64,000 nucleotides of DNA from the IMG/VR virus record IMGVR_UViG_3300010352_001169, one strand, 5' to 3'. The DNA comes from a virus. The notes beneath the pieces are model-generated. The model was not told where the DNA came from, searched no databases, and saw nothing but the letters and a program-made list of their open reading frames with translations. This document shows positions 1 through 9,321 of this stretch, piece by piece; position 1 is the first letter of the stretch; the number at the start of each line of letters is the position of its first letter. The position numbers and the translations under genes are program-made.

Positions 1-317
1 TAATTAAATTTGTAGGTAAACAATAAATGGCAATTATAAAATGAACGCTGAGAATATGATGAGTATTCCAACTTCTTTAACAGGCAAAGTTGCCGCTGAA
101 TCTTTTGTTGAAGATGTTGTTTTAGCGTAAGCCGAAGCAAAATTCAGTGAAACTCTATTCGATAAAATCCGTTTAGAGTATAAACATTAACGGTTTCGGG
201 GTTTTCAAATTAGACCAATCAAATTTGATATTTTGTTAATAGTAGAAAAATTAAATAAACTTGTAGTATATTTCTTAAAAGCTTTGTTGGACGGGGGTTC
301 AACTCCCCCCGGATCCA
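1..317 (+). ncRNA. ssrA: tmRNA, 5' end outside the window
   Basis: T-arm GGGGG-TTCAACT-CCCCC (293-309) and acceptor 3' strand CGGATCC-A (310-317, U70 position present); resume context AATAAAT-GGC at 22-31 opens a tag frame ending ...EDVVLA-TAA (128-130); CCA not fully encoded. Confidence 0.85.
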
Positions 318-325
318 CGTAATTG

Positions 326-358
326 AAAACCAATCGTTTACAAACGATTGGTTTTTTT
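326..358 (+). terminator. Intrinsic terminator after tmRNA
   Basis: AAAACCAATCGTTT-AC-AAACGATTGGTTTT hairpin followed by a T run. Confidence 0.8.
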
Positions 359-377
359 GCGATTTAGTATTGCAAAT

Positions 378-408
378 AAAAAAAGAGGACTTTATGTCCT
401 CTTTTTTT
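378..408. terminator. Bidirectional intrinsic terminator at the end of folA
   Basis: A7-GAGGAC-TTTAT-GTCCTC-T7. Confidence 0.7.
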
Positions 409-913
409 CATAAATTTCGTAGGTATAATCATACTCATTTTTATCATCTTTTTTGTGATCTTCTTTAAAGATGATTTTCCATTCATTTTCATCTATATCT
501 GGAAAATAAGTATCCCCTTCTATATTTATATGTATTTTTGTTATATAGAGTTTTTGAGCATGTGGAAGAAATTGTTTATAAATTGATCCACCACCAATAA
601 TAAAAATTTCTTCATCTGATTCTTTTAATCCATTTTTAAAATTTTTAGGCATATCCATTGCTTGTTCTATTGATTTAGCTAGATATGCTCCATAAGGAGG
701 TGTAAATTTCGGATCATCAGATATTATAATATTCATTCTATTGGGAAGAAGTTTTCCAATAGACTCGTGTGTTTTTTGCCCCATTATAACTGGATGACCC
801 GTAGTAATATCTTTAAAACGTTTTAAATCAGCTGATTGCTTCCACAAAAGTTCATTATTTTTCCCTATTGCTCCATTATCAGCTATCGATACTATTATGC
901 TTATATTTTTCAT
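392..913 (-). CDS. folA: Dihydrofolate reductase
   Basis: IGKNNELLW, DLKRFK, VIMGQKT, LPNRMNI, IIGGGSIY, GDTYFP motifs. Confidence 0.95.
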   Translation of the reverse strand: MKNISIIVSIADNGAIGKNNELLWKQSADLKRFKDITTGHPVIMGQKTHESIGKLLPNRMNIIISDDPKFTPPYGAYLAKSIEQAMDMPKNFKNGLKESDEEIFIIGGGSIYKQFLPHAQKLYITKIHINIEGDTYFPDIDENEWKIIFKEDHKKDDKNEYDYTYEIYEKKRT

Positions 914-926
914 GATTTTAAATTTT

Positions 927-953
927 AAAAAGGGGGATATGAAACCCCCCTTT
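927..953. terminator. GC-rich hairpin, probable terminator
   Basis: AAAAAGGGGG-ATATGAAA-CCCCCCTTT. Confidence 0.55.
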
Positions 954-955
954 GA

Positions 956-1246
956 TTAGACATCTAATGATTGTTTAAGAACATCCAATTTGTTTTGATA
1001 ATGTTCATTAATTTCGTTTGTGTTGAAAAGAAATTCGGCTTGTTCTATCGCTAAACGCATATCAGCAATTCTTTCACATACATCATTATAAGTAGAAGCA
1101 TAATTTAAATAATCTTCTTTGATGTTGGTTTTCTTAAACTCCTGAATGGCAATTGCTGTAAGCAAGCTCTTTTCGGCGATCATGTCCAATTGGGTTTCCT
1201 CTCCCAATTTTTCAACAGCGGTTCTCATTAAATTTTTGTTTTCCAT
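956..1246 (-). CDS. MazG-like all-alpha protein with degenerate acidic motifs
   Basis: G-x3-Q...AEK and CERIADMRLAIEQ resemble the MazG EExxE / EEIADV pattern, with metal ligands partly lost. Confidence 0.45.
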   Translation of the reverse strand: MENKNLMRTAVEKLGEETQLDMIAEKSLLTAIAIQEFKKTNIKEDYLNYASTYNDVCERIADMRLAIEQAEFLFNTNEINEHYQNKLDVLKQSLDV

Positions 1247-1395
1247 AGTTTTATAGTTTATATAAGTTTTTCAATTTTTTCTCTGACATATGATTTTAAT
1301 TTTTTCGTCATATTTTATATGATTACAATTCTACGGAGTTTAAAAAAATCGGAATTTTAGAATTAATATATAAAGAAAATAAAAGTTTTCAACGA

Positions 1396-1848
1396 ATGAA
1401 TAATCTTATATCTTATGATAATTTTTTAAATGAAGGTATTTTTAGATCGGATGAAGATGATATAGCTCAGAAATTATATGATGCTATAAGTAGAATGCCA
1501 AATAATAGAATAACTGGTGAATTGAGATCCGGTAGTAGTTTTTTTGAAATCGCTTTAAGAGTTGGTGAAAATGAAATTAAATCCAATGATCCTTATAGTG
1601 AAGAAAATTGGGGAAACGCTGTTGAAGTGAGATCGGATTATGAGGAAGGGGATGTCTATAGATCAATTATTCCAATTCCCATATATAGTTTAACGATTAA
1701 TGGTGAAGATTTAAAAGCTAGTTATAGAATGAGAATAAAAGTTCACAATTTGATGAAAAGTAAATTTAGAAGAAGCAGAAAAGCCGTTGAATTGGCAGCG
1801 GACGAAGAAAGAAAAAGAGCTTTAAGAGGAGCGATAGAAAATTTATGA
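1396..1848 (+). CDS. Hypothetical protein, N-terminal tag + DPYSEENW; paralog 1 of tandem array
   Basis: MNNLISYDNFLNEG start; overlaps next gene via ATGA. Confidence 0.8.
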   Translation: MNNLISYDNFLNEGIFRSDEDDIAQKLYDAISRMPNNRITGELRSGSSFFEIALRVGENEIKSNDPYSEENWGNAVEVRSDYEEGDVYRSIIPIPIYSLTINGEDLKASYRMRIKVHNLMKSKFRRSRKAVELAADEERKRALRGAIENL

Positions 1849-2261
1849 ACAATTTAAAAGCATATGGCGATTTTATAAATGAGGGATTGTTTAGTTCTAA
1901 ATACAAACATGTAGTAGATAAAATATATGATTATATAATGAAAATGGATCCTAGTAACATCACGATAGACAATCTCAGTTTTTATGATACAATTGTTTTT
2001 GTAATTAAAAAAGAGCAGAACAAAGATGTTGATCCTTATGGAGAAGAAACTTGGGATGAAGATGTTGAAATAAAATTATCAAAGGATTTTGTGGCGTGTG
2101 TAGATAGATATTACGACTACTATCTTTTTGTAAATGGAGATAAAGTAAAAACAACAAATCATGAAGCTGGAAAATTATATAGGGCGGCAATCAGAAGAAT
2201 TAAGAGAAAAGCACAAGACGAAAAAAATGCTAGAATAAATAAAGCAATAAAATATATATGA
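1845..2261 (+). CDS. Hypothetical protein, N-terminal tag + DPYGEETW; paralog 2
   Basis: MNNLKAYGDFINEGLFSS start; shared LxxNG(D/E) element. Confidence 0.8.
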   Translation: MNNLKAYGDFINEGLFSSKYKHVVDKIYDYIMKMDPSNITIDNLSFYDTIVFVIKKEQNKDVDPYGEETWDEDVEIKLSKDFVACVDRYYDYYLFVNGDKVKTTNHEAGKLYRAAIRRIKRKAQDEKNARINKAIKYI

Positions 2262-2692
2262 ACAATTTAATAACATATGATGAATTTTTAAATGAGGGAT
2301 TGTTTACTTCTTCGAGGTATGAAAAACTTTTGACGAAATTACGTGAACATATTGATAAAATGAATCCTGATGATATAGGAGGAAGAGGTCGGATTTTCAC
2401 GTTTACTATAAAAAAATCCGCTAAAAATCCAGATGACCCATACGGTGAGGAAAATTGGGGCGATGATATAAATATTCGAGTAGAATTAAGAGTCGACGAT
2501 GAGGGTGATAAAAAATATTCACTTTATATAAACGATGAAATAATAAATGTGTCTAAAGGTGAAGCTAAAAGTTTATGGAAATATATAAATCATAAGAAAG
2601 AATCTTATAATCGTCTTGCTGCAGCTAGAGCCAAAAAACAAAAAGATGTAGAAGAAGAAGAGCGTATAAAAAAATACTTAGATGCTTTATGA
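2258..2692 (+). CDS. Hypothetical protein, N-terminal tag + DPYGEENW; paralog 3
   Basis: MNNLITYDEFLNEGLF start. Confidence 0.8.
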   Translation: MNNLITYDEFLNEGLFTSSRYEKLLTKLREHIDKMNPDDIGGRGRIFTFTIKKSAKNPDDPYGEENWGDDINIRVELRVDDEGDKKYSLYINDEIINVSKGEAKSLWKYINHKKESYNRLAAARAKKQKDVEEEERIKKYLDAL

Positions 2693-3075
2693 AAAATTTA
2701 AAAACATATGACAATTTTATAAATGAAGGATTATTCTCTTCAAAATATAAAAAACTTTTGAATAAAATCCACGATTATATTATTGATATGGATTTAAATG
2801 ACATTAGACATGAAATTGATAGTTATCATTTCATTATGAAAAAAGATGATGAAAATATGAAAAATATAGAAGTGGTAATTATACGAAAAATTTCATTTGA
2901 ATTCTGCAAAGATTTTGATTATTCATTAAAAATAAATGGTGATGTAGTTGATGGTGTGAGTAATTATAGCGTTTGGAAATTATGGGATTTGATAGAAAAA
3001 TTAAAAAATAAAAGAGAAAAATTAAGAAATAGTGAAAATGATCCTTATGGTGAAGAGCAATGGGGAGATGATTAA
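2689..3075 (+). CDS. Hypothetical protein, N-terminal tag + C-terminal DPYGEEQW; paralog 4
   Basis: MKNLKTYDNFINEGLFSS start. Confidence 0.8.
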   Translation: MKNLKTYDNFINEGLFSSKYKKLLNKIHDYIIDMDLNDIRHEIDSYHFIMKKDDENMKNIEVVIIRKISFEFCKDFDYSLKINGDVVDGVSNYSVWKLWDLIEKLKNKREKLRNSENDPYGEEQWGDD

Positions 3076-3142
3076 ATAGAAGATTCGCTAATAGAACGAG
3101 AGATGAAAAAGAATTAAGAATAAAAAACATAGCTAATAAATT

Positions 3143-3724
3143 ATGAACAATCTATCAACATATGACAATTTCATAAATGAGGGTTTATTTTTTGGTAAAA
3201 AGAAACCAAAAGAAGAATACGAGCAAGACGACGATTTAATTTATCAGATAATTAATAAATTGGAGAAAGGAATTAATTTAAGATTTTTAAAATACGATTG
3301 TCAATATCATTATTCTGCTATAAAAACTAATGACAGGAGAGATATATTATCTTATACGTATAGAATTACTAAAAATAAATTAAATCCATTAGATCCATAT
3401 GGTGAGGAGCAGTGGGGGGATGAAACTGAAAATATAATGGAATTAGTAATTAAAATTAGTAGAGAAAGAGAAGATTCTGATAAAAATAAGAGAGTTATAA
3501 AAATAAATTCTGTCGAGCAAACAGTGAGTGATAAAGCTTTCTATAAATTATGGAATATATTTGAAAATGCAGAAAGTATAGAAAAAGAAAGATTAAAAAA
3601 AGAAGCTGAAAGAATAAGATTAGAAAAGCTAAAAGAAGAAGACGAAAGAAGGCGAGAGAGAAGCGCTGCTGTAAAATCTTCTTTTATGGATTTTCTAAAA
3701 GAATATCATAAAAATAGATTATAA
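3143..3724 (+). CDS. Hypothetical protein, N-terminal tag + DPYGEEQW; paralog 5
   Basis: MNNLSTYDNFINEGLF start; charged coiled C-terminus. Confidence 0.8.
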   Translation: MNNLSTYDNFINEGLFFGKKKPKEEYEQDDDLIYQIINKLEKGINLRFLKYDCQYHYSAIKTNDRRDILSYTYRITKNKLNPLDPYGEEQWGDETENIMELVIKISREREDSDKNKRVIKINSVEQTVSDKAFYKLWNIFENAESIEKERLKKEAERIRLEKLKEEDERRRERSAAVKSSFMDFLKEYHKNRL

Positions 3725-3769
3725 AAAATTAATATATAAAGACAATATTAAAAAATAAATCATAAAACC

Positions 3770-4231
3770 ATGGCAAAAGAAAAAATAGGAAATCTATTAA
3801 AATTTACAGAATATGATCATCTTCAACCAAAACAAACTCCAACCAAAAAGACAGAAGTTGGTGGTTTTGCTGTTTTGGAAAGTAAAGAAGAATTGATCGC
3901 TAAATTAGTTAAGAAAACTGGAAAAAAGAAAAAAAAGTTTTCAAACTTAACTGAAGAAGAGTTGAAGAAAAAACTCAAGAAATTAAAGAAAAAGGCAAAA
4001 ACAGAAAAAATAGAAAAGTTTGACGATAAAGCCGAAGATAAAGCAGCGAAGCCCGAAGAGAAGGTAGAAAAACCAGAGGAGAAAACTGAGAAAGAAGAAG
4101 AAAAGAACGAGTCTTTACTGAATGAGAAAAAAGCTTCTGCAAAACAACTTGCCGCTAGAAAGAAATTCATGGAAATGATCGCTAGTAAAAAAGGTAAGAA
4201 AGAAGATAAAGGATGTGGTTGCAAAAAATAA
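3770..4231 (+). CDS. Lys/Glu-rich low-complexity protein
   Basis: Poly-Lys tracts, LLNE site, ends GCGCKK; TAATATATA element upstream. Confidence 0.7.
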   Translation: MAKEKIGNLLKFTEYDHLQPKQTPTKKTEVGGFAVLESKEELIAKLVKKTGKKKKKFSNLTEEELKKKLKKLKKKAKTEKIEKFDDKAEDKAAKPEEKVEKPEEKTEKEEEKNESLLNEKKASAKQLAARKKFMEMIASKKGKKEDKGCGCKK

Positions 4232-4240
4232 TTATTAAAC

Positions 4241-4564
4241 ATGGATAAATTCACAAGCAAAATTGGAAAATTTGAAGAGCATAAATATGCAGACAAAACC
4301 AGAAACGACATTTACACTTTCATAAAAGAAAATTTGACCGTTAAAATAGATGGTAATAAAGGCTATATTGAAGGTAATGTTGATATATCATTAGATGGTA
4401 TTGAGCAATTAACAGATGTTCTTTATAATTATGTTCAACAAGAAAAAGCAAAGCAAGAAGTTTTGACATTAGAAAACATTAAAGCTAAGGCTTATGTTGG
4501 TAATTTCGATGTTAAAGATATAAACGAACGCATAGAAAATATCAACGAAAAATACAAAGCTTAA
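4241..4564 (+). CDS. Hypothetical protein
   Basis: 107-aa ORF co-oriented in the operon. Confidence 0.7.
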   Translation: MDKFTSKIGKFEEHKYADKTRNDIYTFIKENLTVKIDGNKGYIEGNVDISLDGIEQLTDVLYNYVQQEKAKQEVLTLENIKAKAYVGNFDVKDINERIENINEKYKA

Positions 4565-4586
4565 TATAAAAATATATAAAAATAAA

Positions 4587-4838
4587 ATGAAAATAATAAA
4601 ATTCGAAGACACCATATTAGAAGAGCAAGGCTCAGGTGATCTTCCATCACCATGTATTTGTGGTAGTAAAAAGAAAGTTAAGAAAAGAGCTAAAAAAATG
4701 AAAATCAAAAACACACCTGGCGTTTTAATGGAAAAATGTGGAGTTTGTGGGGGCATGAAGAAAAAGAAGAGCAAAAAAGAAAAAAAGATGAAATGGTCTT
4801 CTGATCTCATGGTTGAAAAAAAGAGGAAAATGTTGTAA
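4587..4838 (+). CDS. Small basic Cys/Lys-rich protein
   Basis: MKIIKFED start; CICG and CGVCG motifs; poly-Lys. Confidence 0.6.
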   Translation: MKIIKFEDTILEEQGSGDLPSPCICGSKKKVKKRAKKMKIKNTPGVLMEKCGVCGGMKKKKSKKEKKMKWSSDLMVEKKRKML

Positions 4839-4912
4839 AGGTGTGGAATATGGAAGTATAAGGGATTAGTAAATTAAAAATATTCTATTTTAAATATGCC
4901 AACGGTTGAAAT

Positions 4913-4942
4913 AAAAAACCACTCATTTTGAGTGGTTTTTTT
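4913..4942. terminator. Bidirectional terminator between convergent genes
   Basis: A6-CCACTC-ATTTT-GAGTGG-T7. Confidence 0.8.
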
Positions 4943-4945
4943 GTT

Positions 4946-5686
4946 TTATTCTCCATAAAGTTCTTTTTTCATATCCTCCATACAATATACTACTGCATCA
5001 AAGGTTCCATCAATTACATAATCATAAAGACTTTCGACTTCGGGTGGGTCGTCATAATAATTTCTGTCATTGAGTATTTGATCTATATCAGCTTGGTATT
5101 TTAAATAGAAATCAAAAATATCAGCGTCCTCTACAAAGGCATCGAGGATTTCTTCCGAATCTGGTTCGATGTAACTATCAATGAAATTTTGTAACTTAGT
5201 TGTATCGCTTTTTAAAGTATTATCGAGAAGCTCTAATATTCCACGTTTAAGTGAAACATATTTATCTGATAACTTTCCCTTTAATTCTTCTTCGAACCCC
5301 TCATTCATTGGAGTTTCATCTATGAAAATTTCTCCAAATGTTTTAATTTTTTCATCCATTTGTCTTATATTAATTTCCAATTCATAATTTTTTAATATAT
5401 TGTAAAGATTTTCAATATCTTCGTAAACACTATCAATAGGTTGTTCGTCTTTCTTTTCATCAAAAATCTTTTCTTTCTTAGCATCAATAAAATAATTTTT
5501 CTTTCCGCTTCTATTAAAGAGTATAACAAAACCATCTTCAGTTTCTTTAAATTCATCAAAGAATTGACTTTTGACTACATCGCGATTATAAACAAAATCA
5601 GATACTTCTTTTGCTAGATTCATTAAATCTGTAAAAGAATGATAATTTGTATAAGTTTCAAAATATTTATTAAATGTTAATGCCAT
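4946..5686 (-). CDS. Acidic hypothetical protein
   Basis: 246-aa ORF, MALTFNKYFE start. Confidence 0.75.
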   Translation of the reverse strand: MALTFNKYFETYTNYHSFTDLMNLAKEVSDFVYNRDVVKSQFFDEFKETEDGFVILFNRSGKKNYFIDAKKEKIFDEKKDEQPIDSVYEDIENLYNILKNYELEINIRQMDEKIKTFGEIFIDETPMNEGFEEELKGKLSDKYVSLKRGILELLDNTLKSDTTKLQNFIDSYIEPDSEEILDAFVEDADIFDFYLKYQADIDQILNDRNYYDDPPEVESLYDYVIDGTFDAVVYCMEDMKKELYGE

Positions 5687-5772
5687 AATTAATAGGAATC
5701 TATTTTAGAACATATATATAAAATTACAAAAATCAAATTTAATATATAAATAAAAAATAATTTCCTATTCAT

Positions 5773-7006
5773 ATGAACAATTTAAAAAATTACGACGAAT
5801 TTCATCAAATCAACGAAGATCTTGGAGTAGAGATATTTCTTGGCATATTTTTTACCATATTTAGTATAATGGCGATGTGGGTTGGGTATATCTACCTTGT
5901 TAAGCCGCCGGTGGCATATATACGTAGATATATAAATAAATTAAGAGCAGACAAACAATTCAAAAGAGAATTAATAGATATAATTCATAGCATGACAAAA
6001 TCTCAAAAAAGAGAATTGAAAAGATATGTTAAAAATTCTGTTTTTGCAAAATGGGATATTCAAACTACATATCACCAAGGCGGTTCGGAAACATCATACG
6101 ACAGAGATCCAAATTTGAATGAAGAAAAACAAAGATTATTAGATATTTTTGAAGGCGAACAACGCGAGAAATTAGAAAATCTCTTAACAAAAATGGAAGA
6201 TGAAATTCTACACCAAACTATGAGAGATAGTGATAAATGGGGGGTTAAAAATCCAGATCCAAATCTATCATTGTCGTGGAAACCAAAGTTGGATTTAAGA
6301 TCTTTAAAAGATAAAAGTAGAGAAGAAGAATGGATGGGAGCGCAGAAAAAAATATACGGAAGAAGAAGAAAAGAAAAAAGCCGAAATTGATAGAATAAAA
6401 AAAGAAAAGAAACAAAAAATTCTAACCAATATCAATATTGGAGGGAAGAATCAATCGGACACTCAAGCGTGGGACAGTTATAGATATAATGGGGATAAAT
6501 TGAATGAAGAATTATTTGGCGGTGTAGAGGAAGCAACTTATCGTGGCAAAACTTACAAAGTTGGAGATTGAATAATCGAATTTGAAGACTGGGTAAGTCA
6601 TCCAAGAGAAGTTGAGATTGGAAGAGGAGTAATCAAGAAAATTAAAGCAGACAGTTCTGGTAAAGTCAAAAGATTTTTTGTTCTTTTCGATCCAAAAAAC
6701 GGCAAACCATCTTATCTGGATAAATTTGTTTACCCCGAACTAACAGAACCAGAAGAAGGATGGATACAAGTAGATGTCCAAAGAAAAAAGTATGCTGATG
6801 AAAGAAAAGAAATATTGAGATATAAACAATCTTCTGACACCAAAACATGGGACAATTACAAATATAAAGATGACCAAGTCCTCTTTTTTTATCAGATCAA
6901 TCCATTTTAAACTCTGGAAACATTTTATGAAAGATATCTGAAAACCAAACATAAGTATTGTGAAATATTTAACACGTTGATTGATAATATATTAACACAA
7001 AAATAA
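5773..7006 (+). pseudogene. Tagged membrane-anchored protein gene, apparently disrupted (intact part 5773-6390)
   Basis: MNNLKNYDEFHQINE + TM helix; removing one A in the A7 run near 6345-6351 continues a protein-like frame to TAA 7004-7006, interrupted by TGA 6569-6571 and TAA 6908-6910. Confidence 0.5.
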
Positions 7007-7098
7007 TTAAACATTTATTTTTTTATTGACTATAATAGGTGTAAATTCGTATTGTTAAAAATGAACAATTAAAAACTAAATTATAGGAGGAAATCTAT

Positions 7099-7986
7099 AT
7101 GGGTTATGGATATTATTCAATGGAAGAAAGAACAACCAGGGCTGATACCTTAGGTTATAAAACAAAATCCGCTCGTGAGATCTTCAAGGAAAGGCATCTA
7201 AACAAAGAAATGGATCCTAAAGATGTAAAAATCAGAGAATCGCGTGATTCTGATGATCATCCCGAGTCAATCTCTATTATCATCGCCCTTGACCACACCG
7301 GTTCAATGGGTTCGGTTCCACATCATTTAGTAAAGGAAGGTCTTCCTAATCTTATGGCTAAGATTATGGATAAGGGAATTAAAGATCCTCAGATTCTTTT
7401 CTTAGGAATTGGCGACCACAAATATGACAAAGCTCCTTTACAGATTGGTCAGTTTGAATCCAGTGATCCACTTATGGATAAATGGCTTACAGAAGTTTAT
7501 CTCGAAGGTGGCGGAGGAGGAAACGGTGGCGAAAGTTATCTTTTAGCTTGGTATTTCGCATCGCGTCATACAGCGATTGATTGTATGGAAAAACGTGGTA
7601 AAAAAGGTTATCTTATTACTATTGGTGATGAGCCTACTTTTAGAAGTATTCCCGAAGATGCCATTAAGAATATTATGGGTGAAGTAGCTCCACTTCCTTA
7701 TGATGAAGAAGATTGGACGCCAGATGATGAGCTTACCGCAGAAGATCTTTTAGCAGAAGCTAAAAGAAAATATGAAGTTTATCATATTCATATTCATCAG
7801 ACTAAACAGGGTCAGATGGAAAAGAATATCGATAGTTGGAAAGATCTTATAGGTGATAATCTAATTGTAGCTGAAGCTAAAGAAGATATTCCTGACATTA
7901 TCGCTGGTATTGTTTGTAACAATTTCGGTGAGATTAAATGGTATGGTAATGGAAAACTTGAAGAAGAAAAAGTTGTAACTCTTTAA
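7099..7986 (+). CDS. von Willebrand factor A (MIDAS) domain protein
   Basis: IIIALDHTGSMGS, EGGGGGNGGESY, LITIGDE; AGGAGG upstream. Confidence 0.8.
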   Translation: MGYGYYSMEERTTRADTLGYKTKSAREIFKERHLNKEMDPKDVKIRESRDSDDHPESISIIIALDHTGSMGSVPHHLVKEGLPNLMAKIMDKGIKDPQILFLGIGDHKYDKAPLQIGQFESSDPLMDKWLTEVYLEGGGGGNGGESYLLAWYFASRHTAIDCMEKRGKKGYLITIGDEPTFRSIPEDAIKNIMGEVAPLPYDEEDWTPDDELTAEDLLAEAKRKYEVYHIHIHQTKQGQMEKNIDSWKDLIGDNLIVAEAKEDIPDIIAGIVCNNFGEIKWYGNGKLEEEKVVTL

Positions 7987-7997
7987 AAAATAGTTAT

Positions 7998-9110
7998 ATG
8001 AAAAAAGCTGTAATTGGTCTAGCCTTTGGTGATGAAGGAAAAGGAATGACCGTTGACTATTTGGTTTTCAAATCAGAAAATAAACCTCTAGTAGTTCGCT
8101 TCTCGGGCGGACAGCAGGCCGGTCACAATGTTGTAGTTGGTGATAAAAGTCACATCTTTTCTAATTTTGGAAGTGGTACATTAAGAGGTTCGCCCACATA
8201 CTGGTCAAAATTCTGCACCATCGATCCTGTAGGATTATTAAAAGAAATGGATATTCTTAAAGAAAAAGGTGTGGATCCTATTATCTACATCGACGGTGAT
8301 AGTCCAGTAACAACACCCTATGATAAATTCCACAATAAAAATAATAAAGTTGACCTGGATCACGGAACCTGCGGACTTGGAGTTGGATCGACAATAAATC
8401 GTGAGGAGCATTATTATTCCTTTACTTTTAGTGATTTGTTTTATCCTTGGATTTTAGATACCAAATTAGAGCTTATTAAAAATTTCTACGGAGATATTGA
8501 TTTGTCTGAACAGGTGGATGAATTTTTGATGTCTTGTTATAAAGTTACAAATGATGATAGCATCAAATCGACATATGGAATTCCCATTGAATATAAAAAT
8601 TCTGATGATATTATTTTTGAAGGATCGCAGGGTCTTTTATTGGATCAGTGGTATGGTTTCTTTCCACACGTTGCTAGAACTAACACAGGAACAAAAAATA
8701 TTTTAGGAATAACTGACGATGATTTTCAGTTATATCTAGTTACAAGAGCTTATCAGACAAGACATGGAAACGGACCGATGACAAACAAAGAATTGGATAT
8801 AGAAATTAAAATCGATCCTAATGAAACAAATGTGAATAATAAATATCAGGGTGAATTTAAAAGAAGCGTTTTGGATGTTTCTTTACTTAAATACGCTATG
8901 AATAAAGATGAATATATTAGAAAGTCTTTAAATAAAAATCTGATTATCACCTGCTTAGATCATCTTACAGAATATGTTTTCACATATGATGAAAAGATAA
9001 TCTATTGTAAAGATGAGAAGGAATTCGTTAAGAAAATTTCTGATATTCTAGGAATTGAAAATGTTTATGTAAGTAGAAGTCATTTTGCTGAAAAAATTGA
9101 AAAAATATGA
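7998..9110 (+). CDS. purA: Divergent adenylosuccinate synthetase (PurA family)
   Basis: GLAFGDEGKG, RFSGGQQAGHNV, FEGSQGLLLD, TRAYQTRHGNGP. Confidence 0.85.
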   Translation: MKKAVIGLAFGDEGKGMTVDYLVFKSENKPLVVRFSGGQQAGHNVVVGDKSHIFSNFGSGTLRGSPTYWSKFCTIDPVGLLKEMDILKEKGVDPIIYIDGDSPVTTPYDKFHNKNNKVDLDHGTCGLGVGSTINREEHYYSFTFSDLFYPWILDTKLELIKNFYGDIDLSEQVDEFLMSCYKVTNDDSIKSTYGIPIEYKNSDDIIFEGSQGLLLDQWYGFFPHVARTNTGTKNILGITDDDFQLYLVTRAYQTRHGNGPMTNKELDIEIKIDPNETNVNNKYQGEFKRSVLDVSLLKYAMNKDEYIRKSLNKNLIITCLDHLTEYVFTYDEKIIYCKDEKEFVKKISDILGIENVYVSRSHFAEKIEKI

Positions 9111-9319
9111 AAATAGAATTAAATAAAAAAGATTTGATATCATTGGTTATGGGAACAACCCCATATTATGATGTTATGGATAATCCATTAGTTAAAGAAT
9201 GTGGTGAATGGATAGGGGGGATGGCAGATAGATGGAGTTGGGAAAAATACAAATTAGAAAATTTGGATGAAAAAGAACTTTATGATTTGTATTTGATTTG
9301 CAAAAATAGTTGGAAATAA
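9107..9319 (+). CDS. Hypothetical protein
   Basis: 70-aa ORF coupled to purA by ATGA overlap. Confidence 0.65.
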   Translation: MKIELNKKDLISLVMGTTPYYDVMDNPLVKECGEWIGGMADRWSWEKYKLENLDEKELYDLYLICKNSWK

Positions 9320-9321
9320 TT

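Noticed and set aside
7998-9110. PurZ (2-aminoadenine DNA pathway)
   Set aside because: The protein keeps the PurA-type GDEGKG Asp rather than the PurZ-type Ser (GSTGKG); no dATPase seen nearby
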